Counted from the stretch's first letter, positions 13,650-28,804 are shown. The stretch is DNA of 64,000 bases from Eledone cirrhosa (GCA_964016885.1 OZ024742.1:90706001-90770000); one strand, 5' to 3'. Notes: generated by a model not told the origin, from the letters alone. Program-made: numbers and translations.

Positions 13650-15080
13650 GTGATACGCAGAAGCCAAATATCATTATTTTTTCTATTGCATTTAAACTGA
13701 GCTGTTAGCTGTTTACGCTTTGTAGATTCTTCTGTCAACAACGTAGTAGGTTTTAATCATGTCTCCTGAAATATAGTTATCTTTGCAGTAGTTCTTAGAC
13801 ATCTCTAATAGAGTTTTGCCAATTTGGGTACAAAATATATCGATAGCTTGAAGATAGCTCGTGTTTGTGTCATTCGAAAAACTTCTACCATACATATATT
13901 GAGCATTGATGACTCCCTTATTGTGCAATCTCAAGAGTTTATATGTTAGGCAGTAGAATCTCTTTGAAATAACTTTAATTACATGCCATGTTGAGGTAAT
14001 TATTTTCAGTGTGGGCTTCAGATGTATTTCCCATTTCAAGTCAGATTGTAACCAAATAATAAGAATCTTTGTAGATTTTTGCTCTATCAATAGGTGACTC
14101 ATTAAGTATATTTCAACACATTGATAATTGGTAGGTTCAGGAATATGGAAGTGACTCAATTGGGTTTTAGATGGATTAAATTGTTGACCATTTTCTTTTG
14201 CCCATTTAGTTGCAATTGATAGGGTTGTGTATAATTTGGTTTTGTTGTTGTTGATGATACTAGATGAAGTATATAAGTTAATATCATCTGCAAAACCTGA
14301 CACTGCCACAATGTTATTTAGATCGTTGTGTAATATAGAAAGAGAACGGGTGAGACTGGGGAACCCTGTGGGAGGCCCTTTAGAAGGTAAATAATTTTGC
14401 TTTCTCGTTTCCGAGAATCAGACTTGTACTACGATTAGAGAAAACGCTTTGAATCCAGTTGCAATGATAGTTAGGAATTTAAAATAATGTAATTGTTTAA
14501 TCAGAATGTCAGAACCTACATTATAATAAGTTCTAGTTTGATCAAACTGGTTGATTTCTTTTCAGGAGTTTTGAGTTTCTGATGAAAGTGGTTATTTCAT
14601 TTACAAAATTCTCCGTATTTCTATTCGGAGATACGGGAAAAAGTATTCATTGTCTATCCTATATAAGATAATCTATTACATATAATTTATTCTAGCATGT
14701 AAGACTACTTATTCCAGTTATTAAACGCTATAACCTGGTAACATGATATTTGTCCTTATTTGGTGGCCTATTGGTATTACTAATGTATGGGTAAATTATA
14801 CTATTAAAAATGTTTATCACTATTACTTGTATTATACTCCATGCTTCATTGATGATCAACTTAGATATTCCATCTGGACTTATGGTCGTTTCCTCTTTTA
14901 ATTCATACTTAACTGCTAGTAGATCTTTTTTCAATAATAGGAGGGAAAATTTAGATTCGGAGTAGCACCTTTGCAATTAGTATTGGGTTCTGTAAACGAA
15001 ATATTGTCGAAAATGGATTCTACAAATAGCGATGTATGATTGAATGTGTCTGAGATTACCTCTTTACTGTAATGATGTAT
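13650..15080 (-). pseudogene. Decayed LINE reverse transcriptase
   Basis: Minus-strand SPDGI (14728-14976), KGLPQGSPVSPVLF (~14340-14380), GFADDI and FNPSKT (13713-14309); fragmented by stops and frameshifts. Confidence 0.75.
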
Positions 15081-15127
15081 TAATAGCCCTTGATTTGCTG
15101 GGGGCGGGGAGCATCATACACACACAC

Positions 15128-15211
<84 letters not shown>

Positions 15212-15385
15212 CATACGAGCCAGAAGAAAATATATATCGCTACCACTGGGATTGTTTGATTTTTAATGTTAGTGTTTGTACATAATTTTATAAAAATCTA
15301 TCCACACTTAAGTTTAAAAAAGAAAGAATTAAATATTCAGAACCCAAGCAACGCCTGGTGCAATTATTCATATATATATATATAT

Positions 15386-15620
15386 ATCACTGAAAAAAAG
15401 AGAATCAGTGTTGCGACGAATGGAATTTATTGGACATGTTACAATCGCTTCTCTGGCGACCAGCTGGGCGCCAGAGAAAGGATTGTAATATGTCCAATAA
15501 ATTCCATTCGTCGCAACACTGATTCTCTTTTTTTCTGTGATATCATACTCTGCTCTATGAGAGCATCGAGTGTTCAAACGGCCTACCGTATACGGACGCT
15601 TTAAGCATCCAACACCAATT
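15386..15620. repeat. Fold-back palindrome (15386-15543) plus segment; rearranged relative of 24782-25022
   Basis: ~75 bp arms AGAGAATCAGTGTTGCGACGAATGGAATTTATTGGACA / reverse complement; 15544-15620 is the reverse complement of ~24782-24862. Confidence 0.8.
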
Positions 15621-15631
15621 ATATATATATA

Positions 15632-15732
15632 TATATATATATGTACCTACATATATATGTACCTACATATATATGTACCTACATATATATGTACCTACAT
15701 ATATATGTACCTACATATATATGTACCTACAC
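15632..15732 (+). repeat. Short minisatellite (ATATATATGTACCTAC-like unit, ~5 copies)
   Basis: Direct inspection. Confidence 0.8.
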
Positions 15733-16219
15733 ATGCAAGCCATGTTTCGTCAGTCAGCTGTGAAAGGAAGGGCACGAAAGCGTTCACCTAATAAAACACA
15801 CATAATAGATTAAATTCGGCATAGTACACATTTAGAAAGTGAGAAACAATACATACATACATACATACTACTATGTGATATCTTGTATTGCAAGAAATAG
15901 AAACCAGAGTTTCGTCAAATTACACCCTGCCATCTTGAAAAAAGATGTCCCAACATATATAATGCATGAGAAAAGAATAAGCGTCTCGTGGTTGCAATGT
16001 CTTTGATCATACCTCTGTATCGGCAGGCTGACTTGTGCCGAACGAAAAACAACAACAACAACAACAACTACTACTACTACTACTATTACTACTACTACTA
16101 CTACTACTACTACAGAAGTAATGACATGTTCCATGAAGTGTAATCGTACCTTGAATCGGAACATGATTTAAACAACCACAAGATTACAACAACTACTATT
16201 ACTACTGCGGTATAACAGC

Positions 16220-17710
16220 TGTTCAACATAGCTCCGCAACACTGGACACTGGACGAGTGCGCGTAGAACGGTTTCGTCCCTGTTCTTATCTACCTGGAGA
16301 TCAGTCCAAATCCGACCCCGAGCAACTTCACCGGTCCGTCCGTCCAGTGCTCGAAGATGCTGTTGAACGGCATAGATTTGTTTCTCCAGGTGCCCAGCTA
16401 AAATCTCACCGACTTTTTCTGGTTCAGTTTGCTCCCGTCAAACATTTATATTCCTCTAAGGAGGAACCAACCACCTCGATTTCCGAGGTATTCGACATCA
16501 TCACGATGATTTCGTCCGCCTATGCCGACGCACGAGTACCAGCTTCAGCAGAAAAGGCTCCAGAGTCAACACGTACGGAAGAGAGAAGTGATGGCACCCT
16601 TCATTGACCGACCACGTGATCTGAAACGGGTCCGAAAGGTGGCCGTTTACCTTGACCACCGAACAAATGCCGCTGTGCATTGAAGCGTCCAGCCACTGAA
16701 GAAGAAACCGAAGCCAGCTGCCTTGAGGTCAGCCTCCAGGAATCGATGGTCGACCTATCGAAAGATTTCAATTGATCTGATCCTGGTAATGTGGGCCTTG
16801 GCCGTTTTTCTGCCCATGTGGGGCGGGTAAATGAAAATTTGGTCCGTTCTACAGGGAGGCACCGTGTGTTCTGAGGTAAGGGCCGCGGTTTTGAACAGCA
16901 CCGAGATGGTGCTGAACTGTCTGGTCCTTGCTATGTACTCCACGTCTTCTGTGATGCATTTCAGAGCAAGGTCCACTTGAGATTGGGAAGGTCAATTCCG
17001 CTTTACGGGTTTGCAATGAAATACATCTATATATTAGCGTCCTTCTTTTCGTTGCTGCCATTATTTCGGCCGGGACGGTTAGGTTGGTCCAGGTTTTTTC
17101 TCGCTTAATTAGCTTGCATGTCTGGGCCAAAGGTTCTTCCTTGTCTGAAATATCCACTTGGAAGAATTGTCTTGGTTTTGCAGTTGTTGTTATTGTTGCT
17201 GGTGCCGGTGTTAGTGGTGTCGTTCGTCTTGTCACCATCCTTGTTCCTCTCATTCCAGGGGTTTTTATTGTTGGTGATGTTGTCATTGTTGCAGTTGTCG
17301 TTGTTGCTGTTGTTGTGGATGTTGTCATTATGGCCGTTTTTGCTCACGTTTGTTTCATTTTTGTTGGTGGTGCTGGTGCTGTTGTTTTTGTTCGTGGTTA
17401 TACTGTTTAGAGTAGTGGTATTTTTCATGATGGTAGTAGTGGGTTTGGTGTCCCTCCGCACAGCGTTTGAGCAGGTGTCACATGACAGCTGGCTTAACGA
17501 GCGGGGATGTATTCCGTCCATATTTTTAAATGAAAAACTATTAGCAAAAAAAAAATAAAATAAAGTTCAAATATTTGGACCCAAGAACCAATTATTATGG
17601 GGTCGTCATTTCACAGGGCAAGACGAGTGTCTTATGACCCCTTTCCAACAAAATACAAATTTAAACAACTTAATTCAACAAACCTATCGCACGTCTTCAC
17701 ACTTTAGTAG
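16220..17710 (-). pseudogene. Probable decayed LINE ORF1 (gag-like) with 5' region
   Basis: GC-richer island with overlapping minus-strand ORFs (Asn/Thr-rich N-terminus, then ...YPPHMGRKTAKAHIT..., and a degenerate knuckle-like GICSVVKVNGHL); GAAGACGTG motif near 17690-17700. Assignment is inference. Confidence 0.4.
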
Positions 17711-19155
17711 ACAATAATAATAACGATAGTTCAAAGAAAGCAGCAATAACAAATAACAACAATCGGGATTTATAATAAAATATACTGTAATAGTGTTTTC
17801 TTTTATAAAAGATAGAAATAGAAATAAAGGTTAAACCTTTTTGGCGGTAGCGTGGGAAAATGTAATGCACGGGTCATTTATATTAGTTCGGGTTTCATCT
17901 GTGATACGAATATCTATGAAGCGTACAGAAGGGTAACGCTTCGTGTTCAGGTAGCACTTTACGGTGGTCTATAGAATATGAGCTGAAATTGGGAACCGAG
18001 CTAAGAGCTGGTCTCCATGGGTGTGATATCAATTTCTTGTCATAGGGCTTACTTTCTCCAACGCACTTCTTTGTACGGTCTGATTGCATTACGCTTTTTT
18101 CTGTAATGATATACGTTATCGCCCCCTCAGTCACTCCCCACTCTCTTTCTGTGTGTCTGTGGGTTTTCGTGCGTGTGTGTACATATTCAGACTATGTGTA
18201 ACAGTGCTATGTATGTATTTGTATTGAGAATTAACACCAGATATACGAGTCTAGAATTGTAAAATGATGAACTCACTGCCATTCGAGTCGATGACTCGGC
18301 ACGAATGATGCCGAGTCATACAAACTAACTTGACATATTTAGCTTAAGTGCATTATGTCATTTTGAAAACATGACAAATAACTTCACTGGCAATTAATAT
18401 AGGGTGGGAGGGATGATCGGAACAGTGCCTGACAAAATAACTTGTGGTATTCAATTCCATCATTTTACATTCTTAATTCCTACGTAAGACCAATATTTCT
18501 TTTTAACTTTCGTTGGTGGAGAAAATGATTACCTGTCCGTATATCAAGTAGGTGACAGTGCTTCAATTCTAAGCTAGACTTTATTCTGCTAGAAATAGCA
18601 ACCCAAATCACCAACAAATTGCAGCTTCGGGTTTAAAAACGTGTAAATTAAATTATTGAATTACACTAGATGCACTAGATACACAGCAGACAAGAAAATT
18701 ATTAATGGCCGTAATGCATTTCATTGTAGTTTTCTACTTAATCCGTGTGACTTGATAACAAGCAACAGCGACACAGTTATAAGCACTGGTTTCGATATAT
18801 TATGTTTTGTCAAAGAAGGAAGTAGCCTGAAAAGGTCATGGTTTGATGACTGAAGCCAATAAACTATTGAGAGGGAAAACATTATTCAGTAATAATTACT
18901 GACATATAGAAACAAATGAATATACACGTACATGGAGTGGTGCTCATATGAAATGGTCAGCGTCTGAAATGCTATCATCGGACTGGTGGATTGCGATGAC
19001 TTCAAAATACAATGTTTGACATTTAGTTACAAGGACTGTTAATTTAAAAAATGGTTACGCTCACACATACCAACCATATATATGTGTGTGTGTGTGTGTA
19101 CATATATATGTATGTATATATATATATATATATATGTATGTATATATATATATAT

Positions 19156-19197
<42 letters not shown>

Positions 19198-19228
19198 ATG
19201 TATGTATATATGTATGTATATATATATG

Positions 19229-19840
19229 TAGTGTCAGGTCACTAGTTGGTGCTACTGGTAACATGTATCCCAGTACAACCTGTCCCATCGTCGGGTCGTT
19301 GGCGACTAAACTGGCAACCCCACCAAGGTTTGTTGGTGAGGAGGGTGACTTTGGACATCCTGCAGGACTAAAAACAAAACCTGTCAAAGGGCAAAGGAGC
19401 TCTTGAGAGTCAATGGCCATCCAAAATCACCGGGAGAGATGACCCCTTAGCCTTTGTCAAGGCAGAATTCTCGGAGAAGGAAAACTCTGATATAACACCT
19501 GCAACCCTGATGGTATCCAATGATGTTGACTTGTTCTTCTTTTTGGTAAATATCATCTTGGTTAAGAGAGTGGGACTGGCTTTGTGCAGTGCCTTTGCTC
19601 ACTATAAAAGCTTCACGGCACAGGCATTGCTTTATATCTGGAGATCTCTCTGCACTTGTCGTCACATGGTACCATGGGCCCAGCACTATGTGTCAATAGT
19701 TGTCACAGGTGTAGTGTTTGTACCAGAGTTTTCAAGTCGCTGGCAGGACTAAAAAGTCACACTCGTTCAGCGCATCGGTAGGGGTTCTCCTACATGGATA
19801 TAAAGTAGTGGCCGTACTCGAAAACGAGTTGGCAGCCACC
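19229..19840 (+). mobile_element. Dispersed element resembling a retrotransposon 5' UTR, between microsatellites
   Basis: Second copy at 378-713; GGAAAACTCTGAT motif also at ~11883; no ORF. Confidence 0.5.
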
Positions 19841-19858
19841 ATATATATATATATGTAT

Positions 19859-19891
<33 letters not shown>

Positions 19892-19945
19892 AATATGTTT
19901 GTGTGTATGTATATATATATATATATATTTGTATGTATATATATG

Positions 19946-20000
<55 letters not shown>

Positions 20001-20380
20001 ATATATATATGTATGTATATATATATATATATGTATGTATATATATATATATATGTATGTATATATATATATGTATGTATATATATATATGTATGTATAT
20101 ATATATATATGTATGTATATATATATATGTTTGTATATATATATATATATATGTATGTATATATATGTATATATATTAATATATGTATGTATATATATGT
20201 ATATATGTATGTATATATATATATGTATATAAATGTATATATATATGTATATATGTATATATATATGTATGTATATATATATATGTATATATATATATGT
20301 ATGTATATATATATATATGTATATATATATAAGTATGTATATATATATATGTATGTATATATATATATGTATATATATGT

Positions 20381-20421
<41 letters not shown>

Positions 20422-20551
20422 TATGTATATATATGTATGTATATATATATGTATGTATATATATATGTATGGATATATATGTATGTATATATATATGTAT
20501 GTATATATATATGTATGTATATATATATGTATATATATATATATATGTATG

Positions 20552-20583
<32 letters not shown>

Positions 20584-20666
20584 TGTATGTATATATGTAT
20601 GTATGTGTATGTGTATATATATGTATGTATATGTATATATATGTATGTATATATGTTTTGTGTATG

Positions 20667-20713
<47 letters not shown>

Positions 20714-20731
20714 GTATATATATATGTATAT

Positions 20732-20771
<40 letters not shown>

Positions 20772-21334
20772 GTATATATATATGTATGTATATATATGTA
20801 TATATATATATATATGTATATATATGTATATATATATATATGTATATATATGTATGTATATATATATGTATATATATATGTATATATATATGTATATATA
20901 TATGTATATATATATGTATGTATATATATATGTATGTATATATATATGTATATATATATATATGTATATATATATATGTATATATATATATGTATGTATA
21001 TATATATATGTATATATATATATGTATATATATATATATGTATATATATATATGTATGTATATATATATATGTATATATATATATGTATATATATATATA
21101 TGTATGTATATATATATGTATATATATATATATGTATGTATATATATATGTATATATATATATGTATATATATATATGTATGTATATATATGTATATATA
21201 TATATGTATGTATATATATGTATATATATATGTATATATATATATGTATATATATATATGTATATATATATATGTATATATATATATGTATATATATGTA
21301 TGTATATATATGTGTATATATGTATGTATATATA

Positions 21335-21404
<70 letters not shown>
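19841..21404. repeat. Compound (TA)n/(TATG)n/(TG)n microsatellite
   Basis: Direct inspection; source of spurious Y/I/C/M/V ORFs. Confidence 0.97.
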
Positions 21405-21410
<6 letters not shown>

Positions 21411-21792
21411 GGTTTTGTATTAGTTTTGCAAGATTTCTTATATAAAAACGTGTGTTGAAACAGAAAGTGTTATTCTTAGGAAGTGTCACGCTGCCGATTA
21501 AAAATAGAAACAAACGCACTTGTTGGATTTCATTTTCATTTATTATAAATTTCCAGCTGGTTTGTTTAACAATCGGATTGTTGATTATTGTCAAATGTCT
21601 TTCGTCACACATACTGTGAACTCCTCAGTAACTGATTTTTTATTTTGTCTCCCCCTTTGGTCTGTTCTACACTATCCTGTTTTTGTAAGCACACAGCACT
21701 AAACAAAACAACTGGAAATTTATAATAAATTGAAGTGGAAACCAAGAGGTGTGTGTGTTTTTCTTTGAAGCACGACTCTGCCAAAGTATGAA
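21405..21792 (-). mobile_element. Penelope-like terminal-repeat relic with degenerate hammerhead (21590-21632)
   Basis: Minus strand CAGTTA-CTGAGGA-GTTCAC..GTGAC-GAAA-GACATTTGACAAT is homologous to 46715-46762 behind the Penelope GIY-YIG. Confidence 0.55.
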
Positions 21793-21793
21793 A

Positions 21794-22004
21794 TTCTTCT
21801 TCTTCTTCTTCTTCTTCTTCTTCTTCTTCTTCTTCTTCTTCTTCTTCTTCTTCTTCTTCTTCTTCTTCTTCTTCTTCTTCTTCTTCTTCTTTTTCTTCTT
21901 CTTCTTCTTCTTCTTCTTCTTCTTCTTCTTCTTCTTCTTCTTCTTCTTCTTCTTCTTCTTCTTCTTTGTATTCTTTGTATTCTTCTTCTTCTTCTTCTTC
22001 TTCT
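21794..22004. repeat. (TTC)n tract, 3' tail of adjacent RTE
   Basis: About 70 TTC units abutting the 3' end of the minus-strand RTE fragment. Confidence 0.9.
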
Positions 22005-22600
22005 CATCCAACTTGTATTGGGAGGGGGGGTCCTTTCAGCAGCAGCCGTCTCTAATTCATCCAGCTGGATCTGCAAGCGAGATCAGTCAAATTTTTTAGA
22101 TTAACCAACCATCTTGGTAGTGGTATGCTCCTGGGTCTCCTACCGGTTGGTTTTACCCGTAAAATCTATCCAGCGATTCTTTCCTGAAACATTCGATCCA
22201 CGTACATATCGAAGCTGTGCTCTCTCAATTTCTATAAGTAGCAGCTGTACCTGGAGCGGTTGCCTGATCTCCGAGCTACGCACACGTTCGAATAACAATA
22301 ATTCAATGATCCTTTCGGAGGAACCCCATTTCGGCTGCTTGTTTACGCGATCGTATTCTTTCGGTCATTATCCAAGATTCGTGACTATAGGTAAGGGCGG
22401 GCACGAATATTGAACTGAAGATAGAGAATTTGGCTTTTACGCCTACTTTCCTACTTCTGATGACAGTATGTCGATGCTGGCGCATTATTGCCCCAGCTTC
22501 TACAATTCTTGCACTTAATGCAACTTCCCGCTTTCCATCACTCATTAACACGGCCACGAATATTTGAACTTCTCCATCATTTGTGTATGCTAAACTAGGA
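22005..22600 (-). mobile_element. 5'-truncated RTE-clade LINE fragment
   Basis: DGKREVALSARIVEAGAIMRQ...KAKFSIFSSIFVPALTYSHESWIMTERIRSRKQAAEMGFLRK is typical of the RTE RT C-terminus; (GAA)n tail. Confidence 0.8.
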
Positions 22601-22822
22601 AGATAGTAGCTGTTTCAATGGTTGAAATTGTGAGAACTTTAACGTGTTTTATGTGTTAATATCTCGATACAATAATTACAGTTTTCATAGCTTAGGCCTC
22701 TGGCTGGGAATGTATTACAATTAATCCTATGCGTGTGCTCCAAAGAGATTTGTTGAGCACATTAGAAACAACGAGATCGAAATCACCGCATATTGATCTA
22801 AACCCATATCATTATTATTATT

Positions 22823-22990
22823 CGGTGGATTGGCAGTATTGGTAGAGAGTCGGACACCATGCTTTGCAGCATAGAGTTACGTCCCTTTATGATCTGAGTT
22901 CAAATCCCGCCGAGGTTAACTTTGCCTTTCATCCTTACGGGGGTCGATAAAATAAAGTACCAGTAATGCACTGTGCCAATCGTAGACAAA
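22823..22990 (+). mobile_element. SINE family A
   Basis: Same A/B boxes and body as 9965. Confidence 0.85.
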
Positions 22991-23005
22991 ATTATTATTA
23001 TTATT

Positions 23006-23432
23006 CGTCGAGTCTCAGTCATTGATGTTATTTAACTGGAAAGTTTGTTCAAATGAATATCAAGCTGCTACCTGCAGCCTCAGATATTCAGGATGTATCG
23101 GATGGTCCTTGCTGTTCCCAGCAAGCATGCCCTTTGAAGCGTTCCATAAAAATGGGGCTGGACTAATCTTCTTTAACCGTCCTTGAAAATTCTTTGAGAT
23201 AGTACATAGTGCTCCTATGACAATCGGGACGACCATGATTTCATTGCAGTTCCAAAACATCTTTTTACCTCCCACTTTAAATCCTAGTCTCGGTTAATTT
23301 TCTCCCTCTCCTTTTCTTGCACTCTCGTGTCGAATGGGCAGGCTACATCTACAATCACTCACGATCTTTGAGTCAGGTCTTTTGTCCGTCTGTATCCTAA
23401 AATCCCATAGCACCTTCACTTGCTCGTTTTCT
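23006..23432 (-). mobile_element. R4/Dong-like 3' fragment (REL domain + 3' UTR)
   Basis: Close homolog of 54938-55400 (VVPIVIGAL..ISKNFQG); flanked by (ATT)n on both sides. Confidence 0.8.
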
Positions 23433-23454
23433 ATTATTATTACTATTTTTATTA

Positions 23455-24310
23455 GGGTGGTGGATTGGCAGTATCGGTAAATCGTCGAGCACCATGCTGT
23501 GCAGCATAGAGTTACCGTTCTTTACGGGCTGAGTTCAAATTCCGCCAAGGTTAACTTTCCTTTTCATCCTATGGGGTCGACAAAAATAAAGAACCAGTAA
23601 TGTACTGAGGTCGATTTAATCGACTTACGCCCCCGCACCCGCAAATTACTGGCCTTGTGCCTATACTAGAAATGATTATTATTATTATAATTATTATCGT
23701 GGATTGACAGTATCGGTAGAGGGTCGGACGCCATGCTTTGCAGCATAGAGTTACGGCTCTTTATGATCTGAGCTCAAATCCCGCCGAGGTTAACTTTGCC
23801 TTATGGGGTCGATAAAATAAAGCCCCAGTCACGCACTGGAGTCGATTTAATCGACTCTCCCCTCCCCCCAAATTACTGGCTTTGTGCCTATATAAGAAAC
23901 AATTATTATTATTCGGTGAATTGGCTGAGGGCGGTGAATTGGCAGTATCGGTAGAGGGTCGCACGCCATGCTTTGACTCATAGAGTTACGACCCTTGCCA
24001 TTCTGAGTTCAAATCGCACCGAGGTAAACTTTGCCTTTCATCCTTACGGGGTCGATAAAATAAAGTATCAGTAATACACTGGGTAATTGCTGGCCTTGTG
24101 CCAAAAGTAAAAAAATTATTATTAGGGCGGTGGGTTGGCAGTATCTCTAGAGCGTCGGACACCATGCTTTGCGGTATAGAGTTATGGCCCTTTATGTTCA
24201 GAGTTCAAATCCCACCGAGGTTAACTTTGCCTTTTATCATTACGGCGGCGATAAAATAAAGTACCAGTAATGCACTGGAAAAAATTGCTGGCCTTGTGCC
24301 AAAAGTAGAA
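23455..24310 (+). mobile_element. Four head-to-tail SINE family A copies (~23455, 23698, 23929, 24124)
   Basis: Each starts GGYGGTGGATTGGCAGTATCGGTAGAG-like, has a B box and ends in TGTGCC..AGAAA + (ATT)n. Confidence 0.88.
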
Positions 24311-24492
24311 TCAATTATTATATTTTATATAGATATATAAATAATTAAAACAGTGACATAAAGAGGTAGTCAAGTTTCGTTGGGTTCTGGGCCCCAATTC
24401 CTTCAGCCTGTCATGAGAAATATAAAAAAACATACCCATTAGATATATATACTGATATATGTGTATACAAAAGGCAAACATGAATAATAAAG

Positions 24493-24550
<58 letters not shown>

Positions 24551-24552
<2 letters not shown>

Positions 24553-24770
24553 CGAAGGAAATGTGGTAAGGAACCAGGTAAACCATAACGCACCAAAGTA
24601 CTCAAAACTTAGGGTAGTAGAGTGGGTAATAGGAACGAGTAGGACCCTGACGGGTGAGCTCAAGCCGTTTCGACGGCTAATTCTGGACTGATAGGAAAAA
24701 AATTCATTTAGTCCAGAATTAGCCGTCGAAACGGCTTTAGCTCAGCCGTCGGGGTCCTACTCGATTCTAT
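24551..24770 (-). repeat. Fold-back cassette (palindrome 24629-24770), family of 6781-6975
   Basis: Homologous tail and arms; a different spacer shows it folded independently. Confidence 0.75.
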
Positions 24771-24781
24771 ATATATATATA

Positions 24782-25022
24782 TAATTGGGGTTGGATCCTT
24801 AAAGCGTCCATATGCGGTAGGCCGTATGAGCACTCGATGCTCTCATAGAGCAGAGAATGATATCTGCTTCGTAGAATCAAGACGTATCTGTGGACTTTGC
24901 GATTTTCAGAGTCAGGTTCGATCATCACATCGATCGTACCTCGGGCTGGTCGCCAGATAAACGATGTAATGTGTCCAATAAATTCCATTCGTCGCAACAC
25001 TGATTCTCTTTTTCTCTGTGAT
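24782..25022 (+). repeat. Penelope-terminal-like repeat related to 15386-15620
   Basis: Shares CCAATAAATTCCATTCGTCGCAACACTGATTCTC; degenerate hammerhead-like layout. Confidence 0.6.
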
Positions 25023-27216
25023 ATATTATATATATATATAACATATTATATATTTATATATATATAATATATTTTATATATATGTAATATATTATATATT
25101 TATATATAGATAATATATTATATATTTATATATATATAATATATTATATATTTATATTTATAATTATATATATATATAATATATAATATATTTATATATA
25201 TATAATATATTTTATGTATATATATATATACATAATATATTATATATTTTTATATATACTGTATATATATATAATATATTATATGTTTTTATATATACTG
25301 TATATATATATATATATATGTGTGTGTGTATATATATATAATATATTATATATTTATGTATATTTTATATATTTCATGTATATATATATATTATATATGT
25401 ATAATATATTATATATATAATATATTATATATATATAATATATTATACATATATATTATACATATATATAATATATTATATATATATAATTATTATATAT
25501 ATATAATATATTATATATATAATATATTATATATATATGATATATTATACATATATATTATACATATATATTATACATATATATAATATATTATATATAT
25601 ATAATTATTTTATATATATAATATATTATATATATATATATAATATATTATATATATAATATATTATATATATATATATGTAATATATTATATATATATA
25701 TTATATATTATATATATAATATATTATATATATGTAATATATATTATATATATTATATATTATATATATATATAATATATTATATATATATATGTAATAT
25801 ATATTACATATATATATATATATATAATATTATATATATATAATATATTATATATATATATAATATATATATAATATATTATATATATATATAATATATA
25901 TATTATATATTATATATATATATATATATATAATACATATATATTATATATATAATATATTATGTATATATAAATATAATATATTATGTATATATAATAT
26001 ATTATATATATATAAATATAATATATTATATATTATATATATATTATATATATTATATATTATATATATATTATATATATATATATTATATATATATATA
26101 TAATATATTATATGTATATAATAATTATATATATATAATATATTATATATATGTATCATATATTATATATATAACATATTATATATATAATATATTTTAT
26201 ATATATTATATTATATATATATATATACATAAAATAAATAAAATATAGATAAATATATAATATATTATATATATACATACATATATATATATATACAGTA
26301 TATATAAAAATATATAATATATTATATATTATATATATATATATAATATATATATATATATACATAAAATATATAAAATATAGATAAATATATAATATAT
26401 TATATATATATACAGTATATATAAAAATATATAATATATTATATATATATATATATATAATATATTATATATATCTATAATATAATATATTATATATATA
26501 ATATATTATATATATATATATATAATATATTATATATATATAATATATTATATATATATATAAATATATAATATATATATAATACATTATATATATATAT
26601 AATATATTATATATATATAATATAATCGTTTCTACTTTTGGCACAAGGCCAGCAATTTTTTCAGTACATTACTGGTACTTTATTTTATCGACCCCGTAAG
26701 AATGAAAGCCAAAGTTAACCTCGGCGGGATTTGAAACCCAGAATGACAAGGGCCGTAAATCAATGCGTCAAATCAAGGACCCGACCCTCTACTAATACTG
26801 CCAATCCACCGCCCTAATATATTATGTATATTATATATATATAATATATTATATATATATCTACATTTATAATATATTATATATATATAATATATTATAT
26901 ATATATATAATATATTATATATATATAAAATATTATATATATATATATATATATATAATAAATTATATATATATAATATATTATATATATATAATATATT
27001 ATATATATAATATATAATATATATATATATATATTTATAATATATTATATATATATAATATATTATATATATATATATGAATAATATATATATATATATA
27101 TATATATAATAAATTATATATATGTATATATAATATATTATATATATAATATATTATATATATATATATTATATATACATTTATATATATATATATAATT
27201 TATTATATATATATAT

Positions 27217-27248
<32 letters not shown>

Positions 27249-27698
27249 ATATATATAATATATTATATATATATATTATATATACATTTATATATATATA
27301 TATAATTTATTATATATATATATTATATATATATATATTTATATATATATATAATATATTATATATATAATATATTATATATATAATATATTATATATAT
27401 ATAATATTTATATATATATAATATATTATATATATATAATATATTATATATATATAATATATTATATATATATATAATATAATATATATATATAATATAT
27501 TATATATATATAATATATTATATATATATATAATATATTATATATATATATAATATATTATATATATATAACATATTATATATATATATATAATATATTA
27601 TATATATACTTATAATATATTATATATATATATAATATATAATATATATATATATAATATATTATATATAATATATTATATATATATATTATATATAT

Positions 27699-27751
<53 letters not shown>

Positions 27752-27752
27752 T

Positions 27753-27796
<44 letters not shown>

Positions 27797-28037
27797 TATA
27801 TATATATATAATATATTATATATATATATTATATATATATATATATAATACATATATAATATATATATAATATATTATATATATATATATATAATATATA
27901 TATATATATAATATATATATATATATAATATATAATATATATATATATGTATTATATATATATATATATATATAATATATAATATATATATATAATATAT
28001 ATATATATATAATATATAATATATATATATAATATAT

Positions 28038-28072
<35 letters not shown>

Positions 28073-28103
28073 ATATATATATATATATTATATTATATAT
28101 ATA

Positions 28104-28142
<39 letters not shown>

Positions 28143-28250
28143 TATATATATATATATATAATATATAATATATATATATAATATATAATATATATATATT
28201 ATATATATATATATATATAATATATATATATATATTATATTATATATATA

Positions 28251-28299
<49 letters not shown>

Positions 28300-28363
28300 T
28301 ATATATATATATAATATATTATATATATATATATATAATATATTATATATATATATAATATAT

Positions 28364-28397
<34 letters not shown>
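25023..28397. repeat. Very long (TA)-rich compound microsatellite interrupted by a SINE
   Basis: Direct inspection. Confidence 0.97.
26625..26814 (-). mobile_element. SINE family A
   Basis: Reverse complement of the family A consensus. Confidence 0.85.
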
Positions 28398-28804
28398 CAC
28401 TTCAGTAAGATGCTGTTCTATGTTGTTCAGTAAGTTGTTTGTTCTATGTTACGAAGAAAGAACCCCTGAAAGATTTTATGAATAAACAGAGGACTAAATG
28501 TATTAAGAATTTCTGAAAACAAAATTAAATCGCTAAAAATAAAGAAAGAAAAGGAAGTAAGAAAAATAAACAGAAGCATTTCACATTTTTAAATGTAGCC
28601 ATTTTCTGGTTGAATGGTCAAACATTTAAGGCACGTTATAGTATTCCTATGATTGAGTAGATATCACTTTTGCAGATATGTTTTCTTACCATTTTTTTTT
28701 GTCTTGTTTTTCCGGTTCTTTTCAGGAGTGAATATTTCTCGTACCAATGTTATAATACGATGGGAAAATGAGTGCATATGTGTGTGGGTGTCCGTGTATG
28801 CATG

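Noticed and set aside
15871-16210. Poly-Val ORF
   Set aside because: (ACA)n/(ACT)n trinucleotide microsatellite.
21667-22099. Poly-K, poly-R and poly-F ORFs
   Set aside because: Artefacts of the (TTC)n tract.
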